A stretch of 64,000 nucleotides of DNA from positions 3,900-67,899 of the forward strand of contig CAZHFC010000016.1 in NCBI GenBank assembly GCA_964531985.1, given 5' to 3'. The notes under the pieces are model-generated. The model searched no databases. It was given only the letters and a program-made list of their open reading frames with translations, and had not been told where the DNA came from. How positions within the stretch are numbered: the first letter of the stretch is position 1; every line of letters starts with the position of its first letter. Source of the stretch: an uncultured Bacteroidales bacterium. Lineage in GTDB: Bacteria > Bacteroidota > Bacteroidia > Bacteroidales > B18-G4. The position numbers and the translations under genes were made by a program. Positions 48,565 through 57,216 of this stretch are shown here, one piece after another.

Positions 48565-51507
48565 TTGTACTATAACTGCCACACATACTACAGCCTCCGC
48601 TACGGTACCCTTTCGCCGGAGGAGCTGGTGAAGCTGGCCAAAAGCAAGGGCCTCGAGATGCTGGGCATCGCCGACATCAACAACTCCACGGGGGTGATCG
48701 ACTTCGTGAAGGCTTGTAAGGCGGAAGGTGTCCGCCCGGTGGCGGGAATGGAATTCCGCAACGGGAACAAATACCTGTACACCGGCATTGCGCGCAACAA
48801 CGAAGGTTTCAGGGAGCTGAACGAGTTTCTGTCGGAGCACCGCCTGGAGAAAAAGGAGCTTCCCGCCAGGGCACCCGTATTGCCCAACTGCTACGTGGTA
48901 TATCCTTTCGGGGGGGCGTATCCCGGCAGGCTTGCCGGTCATGAATATGTCGGCATAGGCCCCGGCGAAGCGGGCAGGCTCCTCTCCTCCCCGCTTCGGA
49001 GCAGGCAGTCGAAGCTGCTCTTGCACCACCCGGTAAGCTTTGCCGGAAGCAGCGGCTACGAGCTGCACCGCCACCTGTGTGCCATTGGCAATAACACCCT
49101 GCTCTCGAAGCTCACCCCGCTGATGACGGCCGCCGCCAATGAGTCTTTCCTGCCCGAAGATGATGTGCTGAAGGCTTTTGAGCATTATCCCGACATCCTG
49201 AGGAATACCGAAAGGATGATGGCCGATTGCCATGTCGAATTCGATTTTCATTCCATCAGGAACAAGAAAACCTTTACGGGAAGTGTTTACGATGACAAGC
49301 TGCTTTTGGAGAAGCTGGCGATAGACGGACTGGAGTACCGCTATGGCAAGAATAACCGCGAAGCGGAAGAAAGGGTCAGGCACGAACTTGGCCTGATCAC
49401 CCGCCTGGGCTTTGCGGCCTACTTTCTCATCACCTGGGACATCATCCGCTATTCCATGTCGCGCGGCTTCTATCATGTGGGCCGTGGTAGCGGGGCCAAC
49501 AGTGTAGTGGCTTATTGCCTGAAGATCACGAATGTTGACCCTGTCGAATTAAACCTTTACTTTGAACGATTCATCAACCCGCGCAGGAGCAGCCCCCCCG
49601 ATTTCGACATCGACTATTCCTGGCGGGAACGGGATGAGGTACAGGACTATATCTTTAAGCGTTACGGGCGGAGACATACGGCCCTGCTCGGGGCCATGTC
49701 GACCTTCAGGGGGCGTTCGATATACAGGGAACTGGGCAAGGTTTACGGGCTTCCCAAGGCCGGGATCGACCTGTTGGTGCACCATCCCGGCCACCCGGAA
49801 GCAAAGGACCACATTACTGAAAAGATCCATTCCCTGGCGGGGATGATGGCCGGTTTTCCCAACCTGCGCAGCATCCATGCCGGCGGCATCCTCATCTCCG
49901 AAGAGCCCATCTGCTGTTATACCGCCCTGGATATGCCTCCCAAGGGCTTTCCCACCACGCAGTGGGACATGTACGTGGCCGAGGACATTGGCTTTGAGAA
50001 GCTCGACATCCTCAGCCAGCGGGGTATCGGGCATATCAGGGAATGTGCCGGCATTGTGAGGGAAAACAGGGGCGTCGGCGTGGATATTCACCGGGTGGAA
50101 GTGTTCAAGAAGGACGAAAAAGTAAAGGAGCTTTTGCGCCGGGGCGAGACCAACGGCTGCTTTTACGTGGAAAGCCCTGCCATGCGGGGGCTGCTGAAAA
50201 AACTGCGCTGCGACGACTACCTGCGGCTGGTGGCGGCCAGCTCCATCATCCGGCCGGGCGTGGCCCGCTCGGGCATGATGCGCGAATACATCCGCCGTTT
50301 CCATCACCCGAACGATTTTGAATACATCCACCCCGTGATGAAGGACCAACTGCAAGAGACCTTCGGGGTAATGGTGTACCAGGAAGATGTGCTCAAGGTG
50401 TGCCATCACTTTGCCGGCCTCGACCTGAGTGATGCCGATGTGCTGCGCAGGGCCATGAGCGGCAAGTTCAGGAGCAGGAAGGAGTTCGACAGGATCGTAC
50501 GGAAGTTTTTCAGTAACTGCCGGGAATATGGCTATCCGGAGGCGGTAACCAGCGAAGTGTGGCGGCAGATCGAAAGCTTTGCCGGGTATTCCTTCTCCAA
50601 GGCCCATTCTGCCTCCTATGCCGTGGAAAGCTTCCAGAGCCTCTACCTCAAGGCCCATTATCCGCTGGAGTTTATGGTGGCTGTAATCAATAACTTCGGG
50701 GGATTTTTCCCGCAATGGGTGTATTTCAATGAAGCCCGTCGCCGGGGAGGGGAAATCATGCTGCCCTGCGTGAACCACAGCAACTACAAGACCTGCATCA
50801 GGGGGAAACGGATATATATGGGTTTTATCCACATCGACAAGCTTGAAAGGGCGTTGGGGAAGGGCATCGCAGACGAACGCGGGCGGAACGGCCCTTATGC
50901 TTCGCTTGAAGATTTTATCCGCCGCATGCCTGTGGGCGCCGAACAACTGGTGTTGCTCATCAGGGTTGGGGCATTCGGTTTTACGGGCAGGAAAAAGCCG
51001 GAACTGCTCTGGGAAGCCTGCCTGCACCACGGCAAGGGCCGCAAGTCCGGGGCCGGCCCTACCCTTTTCGCGGCAGGGATGAAAAACTATGAACTCCCGC
51101 AACTGGAATGCAGCAAGGCGGAAGATGCCTATGACGAAATCGAGCTATGCGGCTTCCCACTGAGCATGAGCTGGTTCGAGCTGCTGCAACAACCCGCGAA
51201 CGGGATCTTGCGGGCTGCAGAAATGATGAAATTCGTGGGGCGGAAGGCTCAGATGGCCGGACTGCTGGTTACCGTGAAGTATGTGCGTACCGTGAAGAAA
51301 GAGATCATGAACTTTGCCGCCTTCCTCGACGACAAGGGTGAATTTTTCGACAGCGTGCACTTTCCCGAAAGCCTGAAGCAATACCCTTTCCGCGGAAACG
51401 GAGTTTACCTGCTGTATGGCAGGATCGTGGAAGAGTTTGGGTTTCCGGGCATTGAAGTTGATCGGATGTTAAAACTTCCACTTAAGGCTGATCCACGAGC
51501 TGTTTGA
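48565..51507 (+). CDS. dnaE2: Error-prone DNA polymerase III alpha-subunit paralogue (DnaE2-like, 980 aa)
   Basis: The order is a PHP domain (CHTYYSLRYG..GIADINN), the pol III alpha palm/fingers (VGRGSGANSVVAYCL, PDFDIDY, FEKLDILSQRG, FSKAHSASYA), then an OB fold. The protein is short and directly follows dinB. The start is an apparent TTG. Confidence 0.85.
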   Translation: MYYNCHTYYSLRYGTLSPEELVKLAKSKGLEMLGIADINNSTGVIDFVKACKAEGVRPVAGMEFRNGNKYLYTGIARNNEGFRELNEFLSEHRLEKKELPARAPVLPNCYVVYPFGGAYPGRLAGHEYVGIGPGEAGRLLSSPLRSRQSKLLLHHPVSFAGSSGYELHRHLCAIGNNTLLSKLTPLMTAAANESFLPEDDVLKAFEHYPDILRNTERMMADCHVEFDFHSIRNKKTFTGSVYDDKLLLEKLAIDGLEYRYGKNNREAEERVRHELGLITRLGFAAYFLITWDIIRYSMSRGFYHVGRGSGANSVVAYCLKITNVDPVELNLYFERFINPRRSSPPDFDIDYSWRERDEVQDYIFKRYGRRHTALLGAMSTFRGRSIYRELGKVYGLPKAGIDLLVHHPGHPEAKDHITEKIHSLAGMMAGFPNLRSIHAGGILISEEPICCYTALDMPPKGFPTTQWDMYVAEDIGFEKLDILSQRGIGHIRECAGIVRENRGVGVDIHRVEVFKKDEKVKELLRRGETNGCFYVESPAMRGLLKKLRCDDYLRLVAASSIIRPGVARSGMMREYIRRFHHPNDFEYIHPVMKDQLQETFGVMVYQEDVLKVCHHFAGLDLSDADVLRRAMSGKFRSRKEFDRIVRKFFSNCREYGYPEAVTSEVWRQIESFAGYSFSKAHSASYAVESFQSLYLKAHYPLEFMVAVINNFGGFFPQWVYFNEARRRGGEIMLPCVNHSNYKTCIRGKRIYMGFIHIDKLERALGKGIADERGRNGPYASLEDFIRRMPVGAEQLVLLIRVGAFGFTGRKKPELLWEACLHHGKGRKSGAGPTLFAAGMKNYELPQLECSKAEDAYDEIELCGFPLSMSWFELLQQPANGILRAAEMMKFVGRKAQMAGLLVTVKYVRTVKKEIMNFAAFLDDKGEFFDSVHFPESLKQYPFRGNGVYLLYGRIVEEFGFPGIEVDRMLKLPLKADPRAV

Positions 51508-51545
51508 ATTCTGAAATCTGATATTTGAATTCTGAATTCTGAAGT
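51506..51545. repeat. Left 40-bp inverted repeat bracketing the four-helix-bundle gene
   Basis: The sequence is gaattctgaaatctgatatttgaattctgaattctgaagt. Its reverse complement matches 51971-52010 at 39 of 40 positions. It overlaps the dnaE2 stop codon. Confidence 0.9.
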
Positions 51546-51552
51546 GAATCGT

Positions 51553-51909
51553 TTATGGGCTGTTTCTTTGAGAGCTTCTGACTGATGTTACAAAGATGCT
51601 GACCAATTGATTAGCTTCATCAATTGATTTTTGAATCAAATCCTGATTCATGCAAAGATTGTTTTGCTCAATTATCTGCAGATTAATATGTGATTCTCTT
51701 AGCTCTTTGAGGCATAAACCCTGTTTGTGTATGAAATCCTTCCTTGATTCTGCGCTCCTCGCTTCGCCATAGTTCAGTGCCGCACTGGTTGATGACCTGA
51801 TAAGTTGCTTTGATAAGTGATCTGCTTCAAAGCTTCCATTTAGCTGCTTTTTCACCAAGATGCACAAAGTAGCAAAACAAATTAGTCGCTTTTGTATGTT
51901 CTCTTTCAT
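51553..51909 (-). CDS. Four-helix-bundle protein (23S rRNA intervening-sequence protein family)
   Basis: About 118 aa with the family pattern LSKQLIRSSTSAALNYGEARSAESRKDFIHKQGLCLKELRESHINLQII. Start at the ATG at 51909. Confidence 0.85.
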   Translation of the reverse strand: MKENIQKRLICFATLCILVKKQLNGSFEADHLSKQLIRSSTSAALNYGEARSAESRKDFIHKQGLCLKELRESHINLQIIEQNNLCMNQDLIQKSIDEANQLVSIFVTSVRSSQRNSP

Positions 51910-51970
51910 AATAATTAATACCAAAAAGAGAAAAATGTCACACTTTGCAAACTAACTTTCTTGTATAATA

Positions 51971-52010
51971 ACTTCAGAATTCAGAATTCAAATATCAGAT
52001 TTCAGATTTC
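51971..52010. repeat. Right 40-bp inverted repeat bracketing the four-helix-bundle gene
   Basis: The sequence is acttcagaattcagaattcaaatatcagatttcagatttc. It ends 1 bp before the stop codon of the convergent SRAP gene. Confidence 0.9.
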
Positions 52011-52011
52011 C

Positions 52012-52827
52012 TCAGCCCCACGGATTCTCCGGATTGTAATTGAACTTCTTCCCCGCTCCCATTCCTTGCAGCTCAACATCCTCCTGTGTTTTGATATCGT
52101 ATTCGGGCACGATCCGCTCTCCTATGGGTTTGAGGAGTTCAGGGCCTTCGGCGCGGGGGTTTTTGATGGCCGGGTCGATGGGATAGGCATTCATCAGTTC
52201 TGCGGGATAAGGCTTCAGCAGTTTGGTGATGTCGGCCAGGGGCAGGCTGTTGTCGAGCCATTTTTTTTCATGCCGCTGGTCGAGGATGACGGGTGAACGG
52301 TGGTGAGGCAGTTTTAGCAGCAATTCGTTGGCCGTGGTGGTGATAATGGCGAAGCCCCTGACGATCTCGCCGGTTTCCCTGTTCAGCCATTCATCCCAGA
52401 GGCCTGCAAAGGCGAAAGGCCTGACCTGGTTTTTCAGGTATACCACAAAGGGCTTCGACAGTTTTTCCTTAACGGTACCTTCGATAAAGGCATCGGCGAT
52501 GACCAGGCAGCGTTGTGAGCGGATGGGTTTGCGAAAGGCAGGCTTGGTGATGATGCCCTTTGCGCCTTTATAATTCGGGTCGTCCTCCTTATTATGATCG
52601 CCCTCGGCGCGTGCATTGATGAGGTACATGGGCTTTTTGGCCCAGAAGGGCGTCATGCCGAAGCGGTACAGCTGCAGCTCGCGGGGGTTGTCGCCGGTGA
52701 TGACCGGGACCGTCTGCCCGGGGGAAATATTGTAATCAGGTTTCCATTCCATCTCTTCCGGGACGGTGACATTGAACCTTTTCCCGATCTGTTCGAGTTT
52801 CTGTACAAGGATGTAACGGCCGCACAT
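52012..52827 (-). CDS. SOS response-associated peptidase (SRAP / YedK-like abasic-site processing protein)
   Basis: The N-terminus MCGRY carries the catalytic Cys2, and the SRAP core follows (INARAE, FRKPIRSQRCLVIADAFIE). A C-terminal extension of about 50 aa is present. Confidence 0.9.
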   Translation of the reverse strand: MCGRYILVQKLEQIGKRFNVTVPEEMEWKPDYNISPGQTVPVITGDNPRELQLYRFGMTPFWAKKPMYLINARAEGDHNKEDDPNYKGAKGIITKPAFRKPIRSQRCLVIADAFIEGTVKEKLSKPFVVYLKNQVRPFAFAGLWDEWLNRETGEIVRGFAIITTTANELLLKLPHHRSPVILDQRHEKKWLDNSLPLADITKLLKPYPAELMNAYPIDPAIKNPRAEGPELLKPIGERIVPEYDIKTQEDVELQGMGAGKKFNYNPENPWG

Positions 52828-53176
52828 GAGGTGTCAGGTTTGTGGTAAAGATAATGAATATCAAGGTACGTGGTGCGGGGGACGGGGTTATCCGGTTAAA
52901 TGGCTACATGCATCTGCTGCATCATTATAACCCCTTAATTACCGGCGATATGAACGCGTGGATACCCTATGTTTAACAGGACGGCGGGCAGACATTCAAA
53001 TAATTGGCACAGCTTATGAAACCAATTACAATATCGCTGCCGGCATGGACGATATGGGCTTTTTTCCCTGGCAGGAACAGCAGCGGTGCCTACTCCCGGG
53101 CCGATCCGGTAATCGTGAGCCACAAATACGCCTATCTTTCGGGCAAGGCAGGAAGAGCGGCGGCACGACTGCAGCT

Positions 53177-54166
53177 TTATAATTTGACGATCTTTTTGGT
53201 TACGGTTTGCCGATCCAGCACTATCCTGCAAAAATATACCCCCGCCGGAAGCCGGCTGATATCCAGTTCCATTTCGTTTTTCGCTTGATTCATTACTTTG
53301 AGGATCAGGCGATCACCGGCAGGATTGAATATTTCGACAACCGGATCTGCTAAAGCCATCTGACTGGTGCTGATCCTGATGACATCGCAGGCAGGGACGG
53401 GATAGATGGATATTTCAGGCCGGATGATCTCGCGAAGCATGGTTGCTTCCAGTGATGCGATATAAAAGTGGTAGGAGGTATGATAAACATCCTGGAGGTT
53501 TTCGAATGTGATGGTCAGCGATTTCAGGCGCAGGTCGGGCATAAAATATGCCGCAGGCGCTTCGCTGGAGGGCATGCCTCCTATAACCAGGTTGTTGTAT
53601 ACGACATAGTTATCCGGCGTATCTGAACCCAGGAGTGCTGCATGGATGGCATCCCATTTTGGAATATTTACACCATCCTCCCCAAGGTTGGCGTCGAACA
53701 ATTCCACCAGCCAGCCATCGATCATTTCCGGTGAAACAGGGTCGTCGTTTTCATCGATGGCCGAAACCAGGCAATTTTCCACATCGATATCCACTACACA
53801 AAATCCCCAGGCACTGACGGGAGTGGGTTGGTCAAACAGAAGGGTCAATGTGGCACTTGATGTCAGTGGCTGCCCTGCCGTTCCAGGCCCGTTCATGACG
53901 ACCTGTATCCTCAGATTCTGTGCATCGTCGGCCTGTCCGAATACATTCTCAAAAGCGCTTCCGTCGTCAAAAATCTCGTTGTCGGGTATCTGCACTTCGC
54001 CGGTTAAAGTGCCGCTTACGGTCCACTCAAAGTCAGATAGGGCGGCATTCTCAAAACTTCCGTTGCCCTGATGCAGCCCTGTAATCTCATAAGTCGCATA
54101 TTCCTGTGAAAAGCAGCCTGATACGACTGAAAACGCAATAACGAAGGTGTAAATTAATTTTTTCAT
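53177..54166 (-). CDS. Secreted protein with T9SS C-terminal sorting domain
   Basis: Signal peptide and C-terminal IYPVPA...AGVYFCRI...KKIVKL. The N-terminal domain is unassigned. Confidence 0.7.
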   Translation of the reverse strand: MKKLIYTFVIAFSVVSGCFSQEYATYEITGLHQGNGSFENAALSDFEWTVSGTLTGEVQIPDNEIFDDGSAFENVFGQADDAQNLRIQVVMNGPGTAGQPLTSSATLTLLFDQPTPVSAWGFCVVDIDVENCLVSAIDENDDPVSPEMIDGWLVELFDANLGEDGVNIPKWDAIHAALLGSDTPDNYVVYNNLVIGGMPSSEAPAAYFMPDLRLKSLTITFENLQDVYHTSYHFYIASLEATMLREIIRPEISIYPVPACDVIRISTSQMALADPVVEIFNPAGDRLILKVMNQAKNEMELDISRLPAGVYFCRIVLDRQTVTKKIVKL

Positions 54167-54231
54167 TTTAGGTTATTTTTGTTCTTTCCTTCCCCTCTAT
54201 CCGATTTTTTGGAAGGGAATTGGAGAGATGT

Positions 54232-56850
54232 TTATTGCTTTATGATCTTCTTTACGATGGTTTGATTTTCAAGATTTATCCTCACGAAATAGATCCCTGC
54301 AGGAAGATGGCTGATGTTGAGTTCCAGTGTTCCAGCCCCCACCCCCGGCCCTTCCCCCAACTGGTGGAAGGGAGAAATTGCAACCGGTTTACCATACAAA
54401 TCCACCACTTCAACCTGTAATTTTGAATTTTGAATTTTAAATTTGGAATTTGTTTGGTGCTTGGAATTTGTAATTTGGAATTTCCCCCGGGTCGGGTTGG
54501 GGTATAGCAAAACATCTGCCCCGGTTGCCGGATTTTTTTCAAAGACACCGGCGTTTGGAACCAATGGTCCGTATTTCAGCAATACCTTGTTGCCGCCTGC
54601 ATAGCCTTCGTTTTGTGATGTGAAAAATACCGAAACCAGGCTCATCCCGTCTGCAAAACCCGGTGCATCATCGAACCAGTTATGTCCACCATCTTGGGAA
54701 TGCCAGATCACTTCTCCTCCAACTATCCAACCTTCAGTGGAATTGATAAAAAATACGTCCTGCAGTAATTTATCAGACAACCCGCTTTGCTGGCTATGAA
54801 GCCATTCGATCCCATCAATGGTATAATTGATCAATCCATAACCCCCCACTGCCCAGCCTGTAATATTATCATTAAAAAATAGTGAATTGCGACCATCGGT
54901 ACTGCTATAAAATTGAAGATTGTTCCAAGTATTCTCTTTGTACTTGCCAATATATACTTCTCCCAATACTTTACCTTCACTGTTATCTTCCGGAAAACAG
55001 ATTGATTGTAAATTCACTGAAACACCCGTTGGTGAAATATCCGTAATGCCTGCATCATCAAATGACCAGACGGTTCCGTTGGCACCACAGGTATATCCGG
55101 TGTCGGAGTCTGGAGGAAAATGAACAGAATTCAACACGCCACCGGGTTCGTGCAGCATGGACCAGTTTGTGCCGCCATTTTCTGTCTTGACAATTTTACC
55201 GCTAAAAGTCACCACATACCCTTCCAGGTTGTTTTTCATAAAAATGGAGGAAGTGATACCGGAGTTTTCCGGAAGGGCCTGGATTTGAAAGGTCTCACCT
55301 CCGTCGGGTGTGTAATACACCCGGTCATTTCCTCCGGCCAGCCATCCTTCCTGTCCGATAAAATGCAAATCGTGTATTGATAAGTATTCAGACGTGTGAT
55401 TTGTGATATTCTGCCATCCGTGAGTGGCGGTCATGGTGGCGGTAAAGTCCTGAGTGATCGTCTGGCCGGAAAGGTTTATCGTCGCTGATACCGGACTGAA
55501 TTCGTAGTAGATCTTCTCAGGGGTGACGATGTAATTCCCCGGGGGCATGTAATCAAAAAAATATTCACCGGTTTCGGAGGTCTTTACCGTGGCATTGACA
55601 GGGCCTTCAATTTTCAGCAATACATCCTGAAGGGGACCGCCATTGATCAATACCTTTCCTTGTATGGATCCTGAAGGCAGGGGATCATCATCATGTCTTA
55701 CGGGCCATATTCGCGATAATCCAGGGTCTTCTTTAAGCAATTCAAGAGTTACATCCACTAGTGTGATATTCACGGCATGTACACTTAAAGTTGCATGGGC
55801 CGCGGTAGTTGAGGTCCAGTATCTTCCTGCGGGTGGAGTAAATGGATTGTTTGGGGGAAGGTATGTGAACAGGTAATTTCCGCCGAAATGCCTTAATGAC
55901 AGGATCTCGTGCCTGTTGGGCAGGCGCCAGTCGTTGTATCCGCAATAATTCATATTGTTCAGCGAGTCGAGATATGCAAAAGCCTGGGTCCATGTTATTT
56001 CATCATCCCAATTGGTTCCTGTCAATCCAAATAAATCTAATGGATCCGAATTTTGAGTCCACATCAGGCCGGTCAGACGGTCGGTAACGGTGCTGTCGTT
56101 GTGGTCGATGAACCGGGGGGTAGGCCAGGAAACGCCCAGGTCGAGGTCTTTGTCATCGCCGGGGTATAAACTGAGTTCCTGTGAAGTTTTGGGAAGTTCG
56201 ATCAGTCCGATCCCATGCTCGCCTCTCACCGGCAGCACATACACTTTTCTTTTATCGGCATAGATCTCGGGAAGGATCTTTCTGAACCACAACACCTGCC
56301 CCGGCCAGAATTTTGAATTGGAATGGATCTCCCACTGATACATCCCGACTGCAAAAGCAATGCCTTTATCATCTCCGGAAGACGAGCTCCAGTAAACTTG
56401 CTGGATATTCACAAAAGGATGGTTTTCCCCAAGTGCCGTATCCGGCCTGCCGAGGTCGAGAAGGGAGGTCAGCTCCATGATATTGGGCAGGCGCCAGTCG
56501 TCGTGGCCCAGGTAATTCTCATTATTCAGTTTTGCCACGTAATCCAGAGCCGTGGTCCAGTTGACCGAGCCGTCGCCGACGTCGTAGTCCTGGTCGAAGT
56601 CCGGGTCGCGCATCGCCATGATATTCCCTTCCGTTGCCCAGATGAGGCCTGTCAGGGCATCGGTACAGGTGCCGTTCCCGTGGTTGGTAAATCGCTGCGT
56701 CGGCCAGTGCACACCATTTTGCAGGTCACCGTCGTCGCCAGTGTGGTAGCTGGTAAGCTGGCCGGTGGCGGGGAGCTCAATCGTGCCCTGCTGGCTGAAT
56801 GCTGTCAGGCTGATCAGGCTTAAAGAAGTCAGTAGAAATAGATGCTTCAT
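54232..56850 (-). CDS. Multidomain T9SS cargo: two DUF1566 (Lcl C-terminal-like) domains, a CarboxypepD_reg-like domain, a BNR/Ycf48-like beta-propeller and a sorting domain
   Basis: Signal peptide. DWRLPN..EL.SL occurs twice (HDDWRLPNIMELTSL, YNDWRLPNRHEILSL). The region GSIQGKVLING..GNYIVTP follows. Propeller blades are repeated (TPDGGETF, TENGGTNW, SQDGGHNW). The C-terminus reads YPNPTRGKFQI...AGIYFVRI...KKIIKQ. Confidence 0.75.
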   Translation of the reverse strand: MKHLFLLTSLSLISLTAFSQQGTIELPATGQLTSYHTGDDGDLQNGVHWPTQRFTNHGNGTCTDALTGLIWATEGNIMAMRDPDFDQDYDVGDGSVNWTTALDYVAKLNNENYLGHDDWRLPNIMELTSLLDLGRPDTALGENHPFVNIQQVYWSSSSGDDKGIAFAVGMYQWEIHSNSKFWPGQVLWFRKILPEIYADKRKVYVLPVRGEHGIGLIELPKTSQELSLYPGDDKDLDLGVSWPTPRFIDHNDSTVTDRLTGLMWTQNSDPLDLFGLTGTNWDDEITWTQAFAYLDSLNNMNYCGYNDWRLPNRHEILSLRHFGGNYLFTYLPPNNPFTPPAGRYWTSTTAAHATLSVHAVNITLVDVTLELLKEDPGLSRIWPVRHDDDPLPSGSIQGKVLINGGPLQDVLLKIEGPVNATVKTSETGEYFFDYMPPGNYIVTPEKIYYEFSPVSATINLSGQTITQDFTATMTATHGWQNITNHTSEYLSIHDLHFIGQEGWLAGGNDRVYYTPDGGETFQIQALPENSGITSSIFMKNNLEGYVVTFSGKIVKTENGGTNWSMLHEPGGVLNSVHFPPDSDTGYTCGANGTVWSFDDAGITDISPTGVSVNLQSICFPEDNSEGKVLGEVYIGKYKENTWNNLQFYSSTDGRNSLFFNDNITGWAVGGYGLINYTIDGIEWLHSQQSGLSDKLLQDVFFINSTEGWIVGGEVIWHSQDGGHNWFDDAPGFADGMSLVSVFFTSQNEGYAGGNKVLLKYGPLVPNAGVFEKNPATGADVLLYPNPTRGKFQITNSKHQTNSKFKIQNSKLQVEVVDLYGKPVAISPFHQLGEGPGVGAGTLELNISHLPAGIYFVRINLENQTIVKKIIKQ

Positions 56851-56948
56851 AGCGTTTTATTTTTTTGTTACCGGCTACCGGTTACAGGAAGTCTGATATC
56901 TGATGTTTGATATCTGAAGTCTGAAATTAATCCATAATCCATAATTTA

Positions 56949-57216
56949 TCATCCAAAATCATAGCTTAATGATCTTCCGCACTCCAACCCCATCCTCAGT
57001 CTGCAGCTTCACCAGGTATAGTCCCGACGGCAAATGGCTTACATCAACAATTATCTCTGACTCTCTGACTCCCGAATTCTTGTATTCATAAACTACCCTT
57101 CCGTACAGGTCAACAATCTTCAGTTTTGAGTTTTGCCCCTCGACTCCGCTCGGGATGACATTGGTGCCGGGTGCCGAGTGCCGAATACTTATTTTATCCC
57201 GGCAGGGATTGGGGTA
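56949..57216. repeat. 268-bp perfect direct repeat, copy 1 (3' end of a T9SS cargo gene plus 10 bp downstream)
   Basis: By my base-by-base reading it is identical to 58304-58571. It encodes the same 85-aa sorting domain, YPNPCRDKISI...VRKIIKL. Confidence 0.95.

Noticed and set aside
48541-51102. 311-aa and 517-aa minus-strand ORFs (48541-49476 and 49549-51102)
   Set aside because: Both are antisense to dnaE2. Their composition is Gly/Pro/His/Ala-rich and no domain signatures are present. They are shadow ORFs of a long, GC-rich coding region.
52935-53231. 98-aa minus-strand ORF and overlapping plus-strand ORFs in the SRAP / T9SS-gene gap
   Set aside because: They overlap each other and the 3' end of the 53177-54166 gene. 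None has a motif or a signal peptide, so the region is treated as intergenic. I could not assign it any function.
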